Assembly (NCBI GenBank): GCA_951406725.2
Contig: OX597842.1
Coordinates: 28,582,001-28,646,000, forward strand
Reading direction: 5' to 3'
DNA: 64,000 nt
From: Octopus vulgaris
Taxonomy: Eukaryota
The position numbers and the translations under genes were made by a program. Shown piece by piece: positions 38,912-52,398 of the stretch. Below the pieces are notes generated by a model. That model ran no database searches and was not told the DNA's origin. It saw only the letters and a program-made list of their open reading frames with translations. Position 1 is the first letter of the stretch; every line of letters begins with the position of its first letter.

Positions 38912-40381
38912 CCTATTGTGGTTGATGTGTGTATATGTCTTATGATTCTAGGTTGTGTAAATTAATGTCGAATTTTTGTAAGTGCTCACTAATAGCAATG
39001 TGTTATTTTGTGTGTATTCATATATACACGTGTGTAGAATGTGTCTATAAGCAGTTAAATACTACTACTACTAATAATAATAACAACAACAACAACGAAC
39101 AGTGGTTGTATTGTAGTTTGGCTGTGTAAATGCTGAAAGAACCACTCTGGTTATTTTACTAAATAGGTTTGTATATCTGCGTTATTGTATTAAGGTGTTT
39201 AAATTAATGCCAAATGAATTCTTGGTGTGTGTAGATGTAGTGCTCACTATAGTAATAAATGTGTGCGTGTATATATATGTATGTATATTGAGGTGTGTCT
39301 AAGGGTTATGTCATTGTTCAACTGTAGAAATTGTGCAGTATTGTATATAGTTTATCTAATACAGTTACGTTTATGTATATCTGTATGTACGTGTGTGTGT
39401 ATGTATATTTTCAGCATGTAATTTATCAAATGCTACATCTTCATTGTAGATATGTGTGTATATATAATTGTATACGTTGCAACCCTCTGATTCAGCCGTT
39501 CCAATCATGACCACCTGCTTTAATATATTCAGCCTTCCCGCCTCATATTTACGCCTACGTCGTTCTCCAGTCTACCCTCTTGTTGTTAGGAAGGGCACTA
39601 GGCTGCTATATCTAGCAGGCCTAGTGACCTTGCTACTATTTCAATGTGCAAAAATGTTTTGAATTGTGTGTGTGTGTGTGTATATGTATGCATACACACG
39701 TGTGTTAATGAAATGGTAAATGGCCTGGTTTTTAATATTGGATTTGTGTGTATATATAGATGTTTATACGTGTCTGTGTATGCTTATATGGATATATATA
39801 CCCATACATTCGTATATGTATAAACATATATAAACATTTATATAGATGTATTTATGTTTGAACATATAGTTGCGTTTATACATAAATACATATATCAAAT
39901 GTGTGTGTGCTCGCGTCTATTGTTGAATATGTAGGTCAAGCTAAATAGCCATTTGTGTGTGCGCATGTATGTGTATATATATATATATATATATAGCATA
40001 TACACACTCATGCACGCACTTGGCCTTCGTTTAATGTGGAGGTTTTTATTTACAATAACCATAGGAGCTTATTGTTTCTGCTAAAGTAATTTATAAATTC
40101 TTCACTCCGCGTGTTTATATATTCACGTATGTATGTATATGTGCGTGTGTGTGCATGTATATATATATATATATATATTTCTACACAGACCTCTCCTTCA
40201 CATCTTTCCCCCTCGCTCTGGTCTTTTTACTCTTTCCTCTCCTCCTCCCCCCTCCGTCGTTGGTATAGGTTACCATCTTTCACCTCCTCCTACTCCTACA
40301 CTACATATCTCTCAATCTTTCTCCCCTCCTTCGCCACATTTCCCTTCTCCTCCTACTCTCCCTCTTCTGCCATGGTTGACT

Positions 40382-40557
40382 AATATTCAGTCATGATACT
40401 TGGTGGTGGTGGTATACGGAGTTGTTTTTTTTAACCCTAGGCCATTGTTGTTTCTAGATGGGCCCCACAAATATTCAGTAATGATACTTGGTGGTGGTGG
40501 TATACGGAGTTGTTTTTTTTAACCCTAGGCCATTGTTGTTTCTAGATGGGCCCCACA
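40382..40557. repeat. 88-bp near-perfect tandem duplication
   Basis: 40382-40469 matches 40470-40557 with about one mismatch. Confidence 0.92.
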
Positions 40558-41119
40558 GATCACAGTGGTTCTCAACTGAAGTCCATGTGGTCCTTGAGGG
40601 TGGGGGCCACGAATTTTTCGTGTTAAAATTTATCCAATAAATTTGTGATACTTCTACAATTCACAAAATATTTTAGCATTTTTTTTTTGTTTTTTAAATT
40701 TCTAATAATATTTTAAAAGAGAATTTTTAAAAATCGAAAGGTTACAGGGGCCCACCTTAGTAAAATACGATTCAAAGGGGTCGGCGGCTAAAAGATGGTA
40801 GAGGTTCTTTTCTCTAGCTCGCGTGTGTGTCTGTGGCTTTGATAAACACGTGGAAGAATTTTAATCTAGATTTAGTTTTGCAAGTGTCTAGATTGTTCCA
40901 GCCGTGACCACCTCGTCCCAATTTTTGCGTATCTGGCACAGTAGATTCTACGGCCATAAATCGACTATTTCTCACAGTTAAGGGATCACGTGCCTTAGGC
41001 GTTGAGAAATAGGTCATACATGCTGGAAGCAACCACTTGTCTAAATTTATATCGTCTGTGCCTCTCCCTCTTTGTGTGTGTGTTACCAGAATAAGGTATG
41101 ATTTGGAGAAATTTGGTTA

Positions 41120-41531
41120 TCTTTCTCTATATAAACGGCAGTTTGTCTGTCTGTGTGTCTGTGAGGTTGTACCCTCACCCTGACCACGGCTTTCAACCGA
41201 TTCTGATGAAACTTGACACACACATAGCCCAATGTCATAATTCAAAACTAACTCAGCAAAAATTTTGAAAAGTTCCCCCAGTTCTGAAAAGAATCGATAA
41301 ATTCGACATGGGGTCGAGAATCTAAGCTTTTTATATGCAACACAACCCGACCTTTTTATCGCCCAAAGGGACAGCAAGGAACATCGTATACACAGAAGTA
41401 TTCGAGTGAAGAGAAGACATTGCAACCTACACATGCGCCTTCGTTCCCTAGAGGGAAAGGACTAGATTGGGATTAGTCGTTGCCTACTAGGGGCTCTTAC
41501 ATACCCGGGCAACGCCAGGCTATGCTGCTAG
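41120..41531 (+). mobile_element. Non-autonomous Helitron
   Basis: A|TC start (tctttctctatataaacggcag), 3' cccgggcaacgccagg hairpin + CTAG|T; same end motifs as 25580-27230. Confidence 0.82.
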
Positions 41532-42839
41532 TCTGTTATATTTGATCTATTATAACTCTTGTGAAGGCACGTGACTTAGTGATCAGGTCACAACAAGTTC
41601 GATTCTTGAGTTGAGCTCTGAGTGGCTGTATGCAATTGAGTTCCTGGCTGGGGTCCAGAACTCGTGTGGGAAAAAAAATTTTGTGACCTGGCGAATGCGT
41701 GCTTGTTGCTGGAGATCTTCAATCGCTTCTGTATTTGTTGTCTTCTCAGACTGCATTTCAAACCAACAGCTTTATGCTTGCCCTGGTCTCTCACCTCTTG
41801 AGGGAACTCTTCTGACGAGGAGACTTTGGTGATTTGGTCAGGTGCTGTGGTGCTCCCGTCAGGAACTCATCCTGAAGGCAACAGCCCCAGATCCTTCCCC
41901 CTGGGTTGGCGTAAGCAGAAAGGTTGTCAGCTGAAGACGTGGCTTGCAATAGTCAAAGCAGATATAGAGCTCGTTTCTGGCCCGTGAATCTTTGGCATTT
42001 GTTGCTGGAACTAGGAATGGCTTCAACAATCTGCCGAATTGGCCGCCTACAGACATGCATGTAGTGCTTTGGTCCTTGATGCCGTGAACTCGATAGGAAG
42101 TCGATGTAACCACCTCCAGGTGAATGCCATTACAAGATGGAAAGTTTACATGTGGTACCAGTATACATGTCAGATATCCCTCTCACAATAGTGGTAACTT
42201 GTCCTGACACATCTCCACCACCATCTCTCTCTCTCTCTCTCTCTCTCCATTGTTTTCCAACTAATATTCTTATACCTCTTCTGCATCCAGGCATCTATCC
42301 CTATCCCTCTTTTTTTTTTTTTTAACCTCTCATCAATTGGCACAAAGTGACCCCCTCATTACTATTCACTGCCCAGTTGAGGGTTCTCTCTGTCTTGCTG
42401 GTGCCACATAAAAAGCACCTAGTACACTCTGTAAAGTGGTTGGCATTAGGAAGGGCATCCAGCCATGGACACCACACCAAAACAGACAATAGAGTTTTGT
42501 GTAGTCGTCTGGCTTGTCAGCTCTTAGCAAGCCATCTAACACAAGTCAGCATAGGAAGCAGATGTTAAAATGATGATGATACAGAGACAAGGAGTTGTAA
42601 TTGTGCAGTTGGTGGAACAGAGTTGTTTATATGTCTTACCAATATGTGTGTTAGATGCCCCCCCCCTCCCTCTCCTGTTAGTACTGGTCGTATGATGTCA
42701 CAATGTGTGTCATGCAAGTTAGTAGTAGTAGTAATATGAATAGAGGTGTGCCTGTGCCTCTGGAGTGGAATGTGAACTGTTTATACATGAATACCATTAT
42801 GTCAGTTTGTCTCTTTATCTCCTGGTGGCTGTGGTGCTG

Positions 42840-42871
<32 letters not shown>

Positions 42872-42951
42872 GTCTTTATTATAGACACAACGCCAGTAGT
42901 TTTTGCTTGAAGTGTGTTAACATCAACTCTATTGCTTGACTGGTAATTTAA

Positions 42952-43162
42952 CCCTTTAGCATTTAAACCGGCCAAAAGTATTCTGTCTGTTTTATGTTCA
43001 AACTGGCCAGATCTGGTCTCTCACACCGACCCTACAATGTCATTTTAAAAATTAACAGCTACCTCATCAAAATCTCATAGCTACAAGATAATGCCTGGTT
43101 AGTTCAAAACAATGTGGATGAAGAAGCATTAATTTTGGATGAATAATGCGAACACTAAAGGG
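42952..43162. mobile_element. piggyBac-like MITE
   Basis: TTAA|CCCTTTAG...CTAAAGGG|TTAA; second copy at 53787-54007. Confidence 0.8.
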
Positions 43163-44873
43163 TTAATAGATCCCCCGAGGATGAAAGGCAGTTGATGTGC
43201 TGCAAAAGAGCTGGTGGCTGAATGACTACGAAAGAGATGTGGTGGTGGTGTATCCCATGACTAGGTCCTTGGAAAGGAACTGTTGTTTTCATGTGGTACC
43301 AGTATATACTAGGTGTGTGTGTGTGTGTGTATGCGCGCACCTTGCTCTCTCTCTCTCTTTCTCTCCAGTGGTAGTGTTGGTGGTGATTTTGTTTGTCATG
43401 TGGTGTTTATATGTAAGCAGTCATAGTAATTATGTACATGTGGTGAGTTGGTTGTTGGAGTGGCAGAAATCTACATGTGGTACCAATGTGTGTGTATTTG
43501 GGATAGTAGTTCCCTGTATTTTTCATAAATGCATTCAAACACAATCTGAAACAGCTGTAAGCCTATAATAAATATATGACCCACTATTTCTGTCGTGTGT
43601 GTGTGCGTAGATGTATGTGTATAGTTCACAGATGAGATCCAGAGATTGTCTATATAGAAGACAGTAGTGCTCAAAAGATTCAAACATAGGCGTCAATGTC
43701 TTTCCAGGGAATCAATTCCATGAGGTAAAGAAACGGTATAAGAGGGATCAGGTTGAGCAGGTATGGAAGCAGTTTTTGGGATAAACAAATTAGACACATC
43801 AAATACAAAATATGTGCGTGTGTGTATATAATTGAAATTTATAGAAAAGCAAAAGACGAAGACAGGTGTGTGTATGAACAACATGCAAGTGTATTGATTT
43901 GACACTCAGAAAAATGAAAAAGTCTCTACATGCAAAACGAGAAAATGCGAAAGGTGGAAGCTTTCAGGTGATGAATTATCATCATCATCATCATCGTTTA
44001 ACGTCCCTTCTCCATGCTTGCATGGGTTGGATGGTTCGACCGGGGATCTGTGAAGCCAGAAGGCTGCACCAGGCTCCAGTCTGATCTGGCAGTGTTTTTA
44101 CAGCTGGATGCCCTTCCTAATGCCAACCACTCTGTGTGTGTAGTGGGTGCTTTTTACATGCCACTGGCACAGGGGCCAGAGGAGGCTGGCAAACAGTGAT
44201 TGTAGAAGTTCCCACATTAGCTCTCGTGTTTTCTCTCCAGGTGTTTGTTGTATGTCAGGATCAACTTTGACTGATTATATCATTGATCAAGGCAGGGGTT
44301 CTCTAACACTACATGGATCTCTTCTTTTGTGTCTTTGTTGTAAAACTGGTTGTGATTGGTGGGAGATTTCACTATTTCTGGCAGATTGAAGTGCCACGTA
44401 GAATCATTCCTATATTGTGAATTTTCAGGCTATGCTTGTCTCAGGAGGTAGGTTGGTAGTATCCCCTGAGGGCTGTAGCTCTCAGTTATGCGTGTCCTTC
44501 TGGGAAAACAAAATATTATTCCCTCAGATATCACCTTGCCTGAGCTTGCCCCTGGTTCTGATAGAAACTTCCCTATTTCAAACTGATCATGTTCCAAACA
44601 CCATCTTCATAATGACATGTCATCATTTAACATCCATTTTCCACACTGGCATGGGTTAGATGCTTTGATGAGAGCTTGCCTCATCACGTTCCATTGTCTG
44701 TTTTGCCTATCTTTGTAATTTGGAGGAAGCTTTAGTTGCTGTATCTAGCAAGTCAGTCTAGCAGAGGCTCTCGTTGTTCCCATGGTTATTGCAAGGTCTT
44801 TGAATGTCTTCCTCTCCCCGCCTCTCGCTCCCCTTTTTCATCCCTTCTTCATCCTCCCTCCTAGGTCTAGATA

Positions 44874-45058
44874 ATGGATTGTAAGATTTACGTTGGAGAC
44901 CTACCGAGAGATGCGTCCGAGAAGGAAATTGAACGGGCATTCTGCTACTATGGCCCGCTGAGGAACGTCTGGGTTGCTCGCAACCCTTCTGGTTTTGCCT
45001 TTGTGGAGTTTGAAGATCCCAGGGATGCAGAAGATGCTGTCCGAGCCCTTGATGGAAC
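44874..45058 (+). CDS. SRSF7: SR splicing factor SRSF7/9G8-like, exon with start codon (RRM)
   Basis: [10 protein letters not shown]...[37 protein letters not shown]; acceptor cctag at 44864, in-frame TAG just before the ATG, donor AC|gtaagt. Confidence 0.93.
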
Positions 45059-46139
45059 GTAAGTAAATCCATTTCTCTTCTGTTTTTTCCTGTCTGTGGT
45101 GCATGCATGATCGATAACTTGTTATGCAAATTGAGTAGCCATACTCTCTTGACTTAGGTTTCAAATTTTGGCACAAGGCCTGCAATTTCGGGGGAGGGGT
45201 GAGTCAATTACATCAATCCCAGTGTTCAGCTGGTATTTATTTTATCAACCCTCAAAGGGATGAAAGATAAAGATGACCTCAACAGAATTTGAATTCAGAA
45301 CGTGTAGGTGGGTGATATGCCATTAAGCATTTTGGCTGGTGTGCTAACCATTCCCGCCTACCTTATGACCGTATGTCTCCCCTTTACCAAGGCACCTGCT
45401 CCTGCCCCTTTATTGTCAATATCTGGCATAAAGCCACCTCTTTGAATGCTGTACTCCTTCCCTGTTGAGGGGTCTTTCCTTGTGACTTATTTAGGGCCCT
45501 TACAAATGCTGCTGTCAAGAAAAAATCACCTAGCACTCCCTGTAAAGTGGTTGGCTTATCCAACCCTAGAAACCCTGCTACAGCTAACTGTGAAGGCCTG
45601 CACAGGCCTTGGGGCTGGTCAAATCCTGTCAAGCCACCCAACCCTAAATGATGATGGTGACTGGTAGTGAATTGCTGGAGTTGTTGGATCATCGGATTAA
45701 GGGCTTTGTGGTATTTTTCTGGCTCTGCATTTATGCTTTCAACTTTCATCAGGGTCGACTCCTGATTTCAACCCTCCTCCTTTCAGAGCCAATAAAATAC
45801 CATCCAGTGCAGTGGGGCCGACAGTGTTGTTAGGAGCCTCGGATGAGATGGCTTGCAGTGTTTCCTGGTATCTCTGTTCAAGTTCAGCCTCCTCTTTAAT
45901 GGGTTATTTGTAGCAGGTATAGGGACCTTTAAGAGCGGGCCGTGAATAGACTGGACGCACCTCAGTGTCAGGAGACGTGTCATGTCAACTGAGCTGCATC
46001 TTGGTTGCATCAATGTGCATGACAGCAGCAAATGTAGATGCTGTGCTCGAAGCAGGATTAAGCCCTTAGCATTGCGATTATTGTCAAAGCTAATGCTTAT
46101 TGATCCACATTGTTTTCAATTAATCATGGAAATAGTAGT

Positions 46140-46755
46140 TGTGATACTATTGGCGTTAGGAAGGGCATCCAGCCGTAGAAACACTGCCAAATCTGACTGG
46201 GCCTGATGAAGCCTTCCGGCTTCACAGACCCCAGTTAAACCGTCCAACCCATGCTAGCATGGAAAACGGACGCTAAATGATGATGATGATGATGATGATA
46301 CCTGTGCCGGTAGCACATAAAAAGCACCATCCGAACGTGGCCGTTGCCAGCGCCGCCTCGACTGGCTTCTGTACCGGTGGCACATAAAAAGCACCATCCA
46401 AACATGGCCAATGCCAGCGCCGCCTCGACTGGCTTCCGTGCCGGTGGCACATAAAAAGCACCATCCGAACGTGGCCAATGCCAGCGCCGCCTTGGCTGGC
46501 TTCCGTGCCGGTGGCACGTTAAAAGCACCAACCGATCGTGGCCGATGCCAGACCCCCCCCGGCATCTGTGCAGGTGGCACGTAAAAAGCACCCACTACAC
46601 TCGCGGAGTGGTTGGCGTTAGGAAGGGCATCCAGCTGTAGAAACACTGCCAGATCAGCCTGGATCCTGGTGCAGCCTTCTGGCTTCCCAGACCCCGGTCG
46701 AACCGTCCAACACATGCTAGCATGGAGAATGGACGTTAAACGATGATGATGATGC
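46140..46755 (+). mobile_element. Two tandem RTE-LINE 3' UTR ends with ~68-bp internal sub-repeats
   Basis: Each ends in (GAT)n; unit gtgccggtggcacataaaaagcaccatccgaacgtggcc...actggcttcc repeated about 4 times. Confidence 0.8.
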
Positions 46756-46969
46756 CTTATCCCATAGCTTTGAGATTTTGATGTGATTTGTTCATCTCTA
46801 GAATGACGTTGTAGGGTCAGTGTAAGAAGCTGGATCTGGCCAGTTTGACCATAAAACGGGGAGAATGTTCTGGGCCAGATGTGACTGGTTTGACTGCTAG
46901 AAGATTAATGTGAGGTCAGGCCCCGAAAAAAGAAGGAAAAACTCCAATTTAATTTTATTTCTCTTTCAG

Positions 46970-47182
46970 AAATGTTTGCGGTGCCAGGGTCAGAGTGGAA
47001 CACTCAACAGGGAAAGTTCGTCCGAAACCCTGGATGAGAGGTGGTCGCGGATCATCGAAGAATAGGAGACCATTCCATCCTGAAGACAGATGCTTTGAAT
47101 GTGGCGACAGGGGGCACTACGCCTACGACTGCTCTCGGTACAAGCGTACCGGACGATCTAGGTACTCGAAGCGGCACTCCAA
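46970..47182 (+). CDS. SRSF7: SRSF7-like exon (RRM end + CCHC zinc knuckle)
   Basis: tttcag|A AAT...TCC AA|gtaagt, phase 2-2; [12 protein letters not shown]...[23 protein letters not shown]. The knuckle distinguishes SRSF7 from SRSF3. Confidence 0.93.
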
Positions 47183-47779
47183 GTAAGTACGGGCACAGAA
47201 CATTTTGATGCCGTCCGGCCACCCCTATCGTTCCCCCACCCTCCGTTATTTATTTTCCTAACAGTATTTATGACAGTAAGTTGGATGGAGTTGTTTTGGG
47301 GTTGCGTGCTTGTTATTTAAGGGTCTATTTGGATGTTGTGTGTGGGGCTAGCATCTTGATGGTGTATCACAATGGTTATTGGTTGGGTTCCACATTGACC
47401 CTTAATGGCTCATGTAAGATATCCTTAAAATTTAGGTGCAGCTAATTGGTTATATTTCAGTTTTTTTTTTTTAATACGACCCCAAATGATATCTATGTAT
47501 AAAAATATAATCTTTTAATTGCTTCTGTGATCAGACTGTGGCCGTGCTGGAGCACCACCTTGAATTTTTAATGTAATGAATCAACCCTGGGTCTTATTAT
47601 ATTTTAAAGCCTGGTACTTATTCTATTGGCCTTTTTTGTCTAAGTTACAGGGACATAAACAAACCAACACCGGTTGTCAAGTGCTTGTGAGGGACGAATG
47701 CACACGTGTATCTGATGGGCTTCTTTCAGTTCCCATCTACCAAATCCACTCACAAGGCTTTGCTTAGCCCAGGGCTATA

Positions 47780-48425
47780 GTTGGATTTGAACTCAGAACC
47801 ACATAAAAACAGATGAAATACCACAGCATTTTGTCTGGCAAGCAAACCTGCCAGCTCATCGCCTTAATATCGAATTTTGCCACAATGGCAGCCATTTTGG
47901 TGGGGAAGAGGCGGGAGTCGAATACATTGACCCTTAGTTTTTCACTGGTATTTATCAACCCCTGAAAGCATGAAAGACAAAATCGACCGCGGCGGAATTT
48001 GAACTCAGAACATAGCAGCAGATGAAATAACCTCCAAGCATTTCGCCTAGCATGCTGACGATTTTGCCAGCCCTAATGATAATGATAATGATAATGATTT
48101 TGGCCCAGGGCCAGGAATTTTGAAGGCTAATTTGGTTAAATTGATCCCAGTAATTGACTAGTTATTTTTATCAGCCCCAAAAAGAAAAAAAAAGGGCAAA
48201 GTTGACCTTGGTGGGATTTGAACTCAGAACACACGGAGCTGGAGGAAATGTTAAGCATTTTGTTTAGCACTCCAATGAATAGTAATAATAATAATAATCC
48301 TTTCTACTTTAGCCACAAAGCCTGTAATTTCAGGGGAGGAGACCAGTCGATTACATCGACCCCAGTGCTCAACTGGTTTTTACTTTGTCAACCCTGAAAA
48401 GATAAAGGTAAAAATATTGACCATT
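47780..48425 (-). mobile_element. Cluster of tandem copies of another tRNA-SINE family
   Basis: Repeated ...gaaag.caaa.tcgacc.cggcggaatttgaactcagaac...aagcattt...; also at 45160-45365. Confidence 0.7.
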
Positions 48426-48888
48426 ATCAAGGGGCTTCAGATTTAAGGGATGGGGTGGCACCTAAAAAGCAGCATCCGTTCGTGGCTGTTTGCCAGACTC
48501 GTCTGGCACCACCATCCGTTCGTGGCCGTTGCCAGCGCCGCCCTGACTGGCCTTGTGCCGGTGGGACGTAAAAAGCACCATCCGTTCGTGGCCGGTGGCA
48601 CGTAAAAAGCACCATCCGTCCGTGGCCGTTTGCTAGCTCCATCTGGCACCTTTGCGGGTGGCACGTAAATAGCACCCACTACACTCTCGGAGTGGTTGGC
48701 GTTAGGAAGGGCATCCAGCTGTGGAAACACTGCCAGATCAAGATTGGAGCCTGATGCAGCCTCCTGGCTTCACAGACCCCAGTTGAACCGTCCAACCCAT
48801 GCCAGCATGGAAAGCGGACGCTAAACGATGATGATGATGATTGTATAATTAATTTAATTGATCCCATTACATAACTGGTACTTTATAC

Positions 48889-49189
48889 CAGTGGCTCCCA
48901 CACTTTTTCTGACTGGCACATTCCTAGCCCCCACCCCCTCCAGTCAGCACCACTAATGTAGATCACTTGCTACAGCAAATTCAAAACAACAGTATTTTAT
49001 AATTTCATAAATAAAACTTGACCTATAGGTACTGGAATGGCTGTGTGGTAAGTAGCTTGCTTACCAACCACATGGTTCCGGGTTCGGTCCCACTGCATGG
49101 CATCTTGGGCAGGTGTCTTCTACTGTAGCCTTGGGCCGACCAAAGCCTTGTGACTGGATTTGGTAGACGGAAACTGAAAGAAGCCTGTC

Positions 49190-49237
<48 letters not shown>

Positions 49238-49258
49238 ATGTATGTATATATATATATG

Positions 49259-49290
<32 letters not shown>

Positions 49291-50653
49291 TATATATGTA
49301 TATGTATGTATATATATATATGTATATGTATGTATATATATATATGTATATGTATGTATATATATATATGTATATGTATGTATATATATATATGTATATG
49401 TATGTATATATATATATGTATATGTATGTATATATATATATGTATATGTATGTATATATATATATGTATATGTATGTATATATATATATGTATATGTATG
49501 TATATATGTATATGTATATGTATGTATATGTGTATATGTATGTATATATATATATGTGTATATGTATGTATATATGCATATGTATATGTATGTATATATG
49601 TATATGTATATATGTATATGTATATGTATGTATATATGTATACGTATATGTATGTATATATGTATATGTATGTATATATATATATATGTGTATATATATA
49701 TATATGTATGTGTATGTATATATATATATGTATGTATATATATATATGTATGTGTATGTATATATATATATGTGTATGTATATATATATATGTATGTGTA
49801 TGTATATATATATATGTATATGTATGTATATATATATATGTATATGTATGTATATATATATATGTGTATATGTATGTATATATATATATATGTGTATATG
49901 TATGTATATATATATGTGTATATGTATGTATATATGTATATGTATATGTATGTATATATGTATATGTATATGTATGTATATATATATATGTATATGTATG
50001 TATATATGTATATATATATGTATATGTATGTATATATGTATATATATATATATATGTATATTTATGTATATATATATATATGTATATGTATGTATATATA
50101 TATATATATATATGTATGTGTATGTATATATATATATGTATGTGTATGTATATATGTATGTGTATGTATATATATATATGTATGTGTATGTATATATATG
50201 TATATGTATGTATATATATATATGTATGTGTATGTGTATGTATATATATATATGTATGTGTATGTATATATATATATATGTATGTGTATGTATATATATA
50301 TATATGTATGTATGTGTATGTATATATATATGTATGTGTATGTATATATATATATATATATGTATGTGTATCATCATCATCATCATCGTTTAACGTCCGT
50401 TTTCCGCGCTAGCACGGGTTGGACGGTTCGACCGGGGTCTGGGAAGCCAGGGGCCGCTCCAGGCTCCAGTCTGATTCTGGCAGAGTTTCTACGGCTGGAT
50501 GCCCTTCCTAACGCCAACCACTCCGTGAGTGGATTGGGTGCTTTTTACGTGCCACCTGCACAGGGGCCGGGGGGTCCGGCATCGGTCACGATCGGTGTAT
50601 GTATATATATATATATATATGTATGTGTATGTATATATATATATATATATATG

Positions 50654-50733
<80 letters not shown>

Positions 50734-50746
50734 TATGTATGTGTAT

Positions 50747-50777
<31 letters not shown>

Positions 50778-50826
50778 ATGTATATATATATATATATGTA
50801 TGTGTATGTATATATATATATGTATG

Positions 50827-50857
<31 letters not shown>

Positions 50858-50873
50858 TATATATATATATATG

Positions 50874-50964
<91 letters not shown>

Positions 50965-51269
50965 ATATATATATGTATGTATATATATATTATATATGTA
51001 TATATATATATATGTATGTATATATATATATATATATATGTATGTATATATATATATATGTATGTATATATATATTATATATGTATGTATATATATATAT
51101 ATGTATGTATATATATATTATATATGTATGTATATATATATATATGTATGTATATATATATTATATATGTATGTATATATATATATGTATGTATATATAT
51201 ATTATATATGTATGTATATATATATATATATTATATATGTATGTATATATATATATGTATATATATATG

Positions 51270-51308
<39 letters not shown>

Positions 51309-51822
51309 ATATATATATATGTATATATATATGTATGTATGTATATATATATATGTATGTATGTATATATATATATGTATGTATGTATATATATATATGT
51401 ATGTATGTATATATATATATGTATGTATGTATGTATATATATATATGTATGTATGTATATATATATATGTATGTATGTATGTATATATATATATGTATGT
51501 ATGTATATATATATATGTATATATATATGTATGTATATATATATATGTATATATATATATGTATATATATGTATATATGTATATATATATATATTATATA
51601 TGTATGTATGTATATATATGTATGTATGTATATATATATATGTATATATATATATTATATATGTATGTATGTATATATATGTATGTATGTATATATATAT
51701 ATTATATATGTATGTATGTATATATATGTATGTATGTATATATATATATGTATATATATATATATTATATATGTATGTATGTATATATATATATATGTAT
51801 ATATATATGTATGTATGTATAT

Positions 51823-51854
<32 letters not shown>

Positions 51855-51866
51855 TATATATGTATG

Positions 51867-51929
<63 letters not shown>

Positions 51930-52398
51930 TTGTGCTTGTCTCCCCACCGTTGCTTGAAAACCGATGTTGGTGTGTTTATGTCCCCACAAATTAGCAGTTC
52001 GGCAAAGGAGACCGATAGAATAAGTACTAGGTTACAAAGAATAATTCCTGGGGCCAGTTGGTTCGACTAAAGGCAGTGCTCCAGCACAGCCACAGTCAAA
52101 TGACAAAAATAAAAATAAAAAGAGTAATTAAAAGAATAATCAAAAAGGAAAATGCAAGTGATAATGCATCTCTACTAACATCAGAGATCAAACATCCCTT
52201 TCAGATATTTTCAACAATCTTCTTATTGATTGCTTGATACTTGGTTGACCTAAAAGTTACATAATTCGCATTCACATATGTTTTGGGGGTTTTGGGTGGG
52301 TTACATCCATTGTCCCCTTTTGGCCACTGTTTTATTGCCCTTCTTGATCTTCCCGTCACCTATAGGTGGGGCAGTACCGCCCACTTTGAGAACCACTG
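48889..52398. mobile_element. hAT (Charlie-like) MITE split by nested insertions
   Basis: CAGTGGCTCCCA...TGAGAACCACTG ends; 8-bp TSD ctttatac (48881-88)/ctttatgc (52399-406). Confidence 0.75.
49030..52130 (+). mobile_element. Dominant SINE with ~2.7-kb expanded (TA/TG) tract and an embedded LINE 3' UTR (50370-50596)
   Basis: Head at 49030-49190, tail at 51920-52130, microsatellite in between. Confidence 0.85.

Noticed and set aside
49061-52070. Very long ORFs (up to 934 aa) of I/Y/M/C/V/H
   Set aside because: They are translations of (TA)n/(TG)n microsatellite that lacks stop codons. The same applies to ORFs at 3811-4163, 31931-32538, 33918-35486 and 55460-55698.
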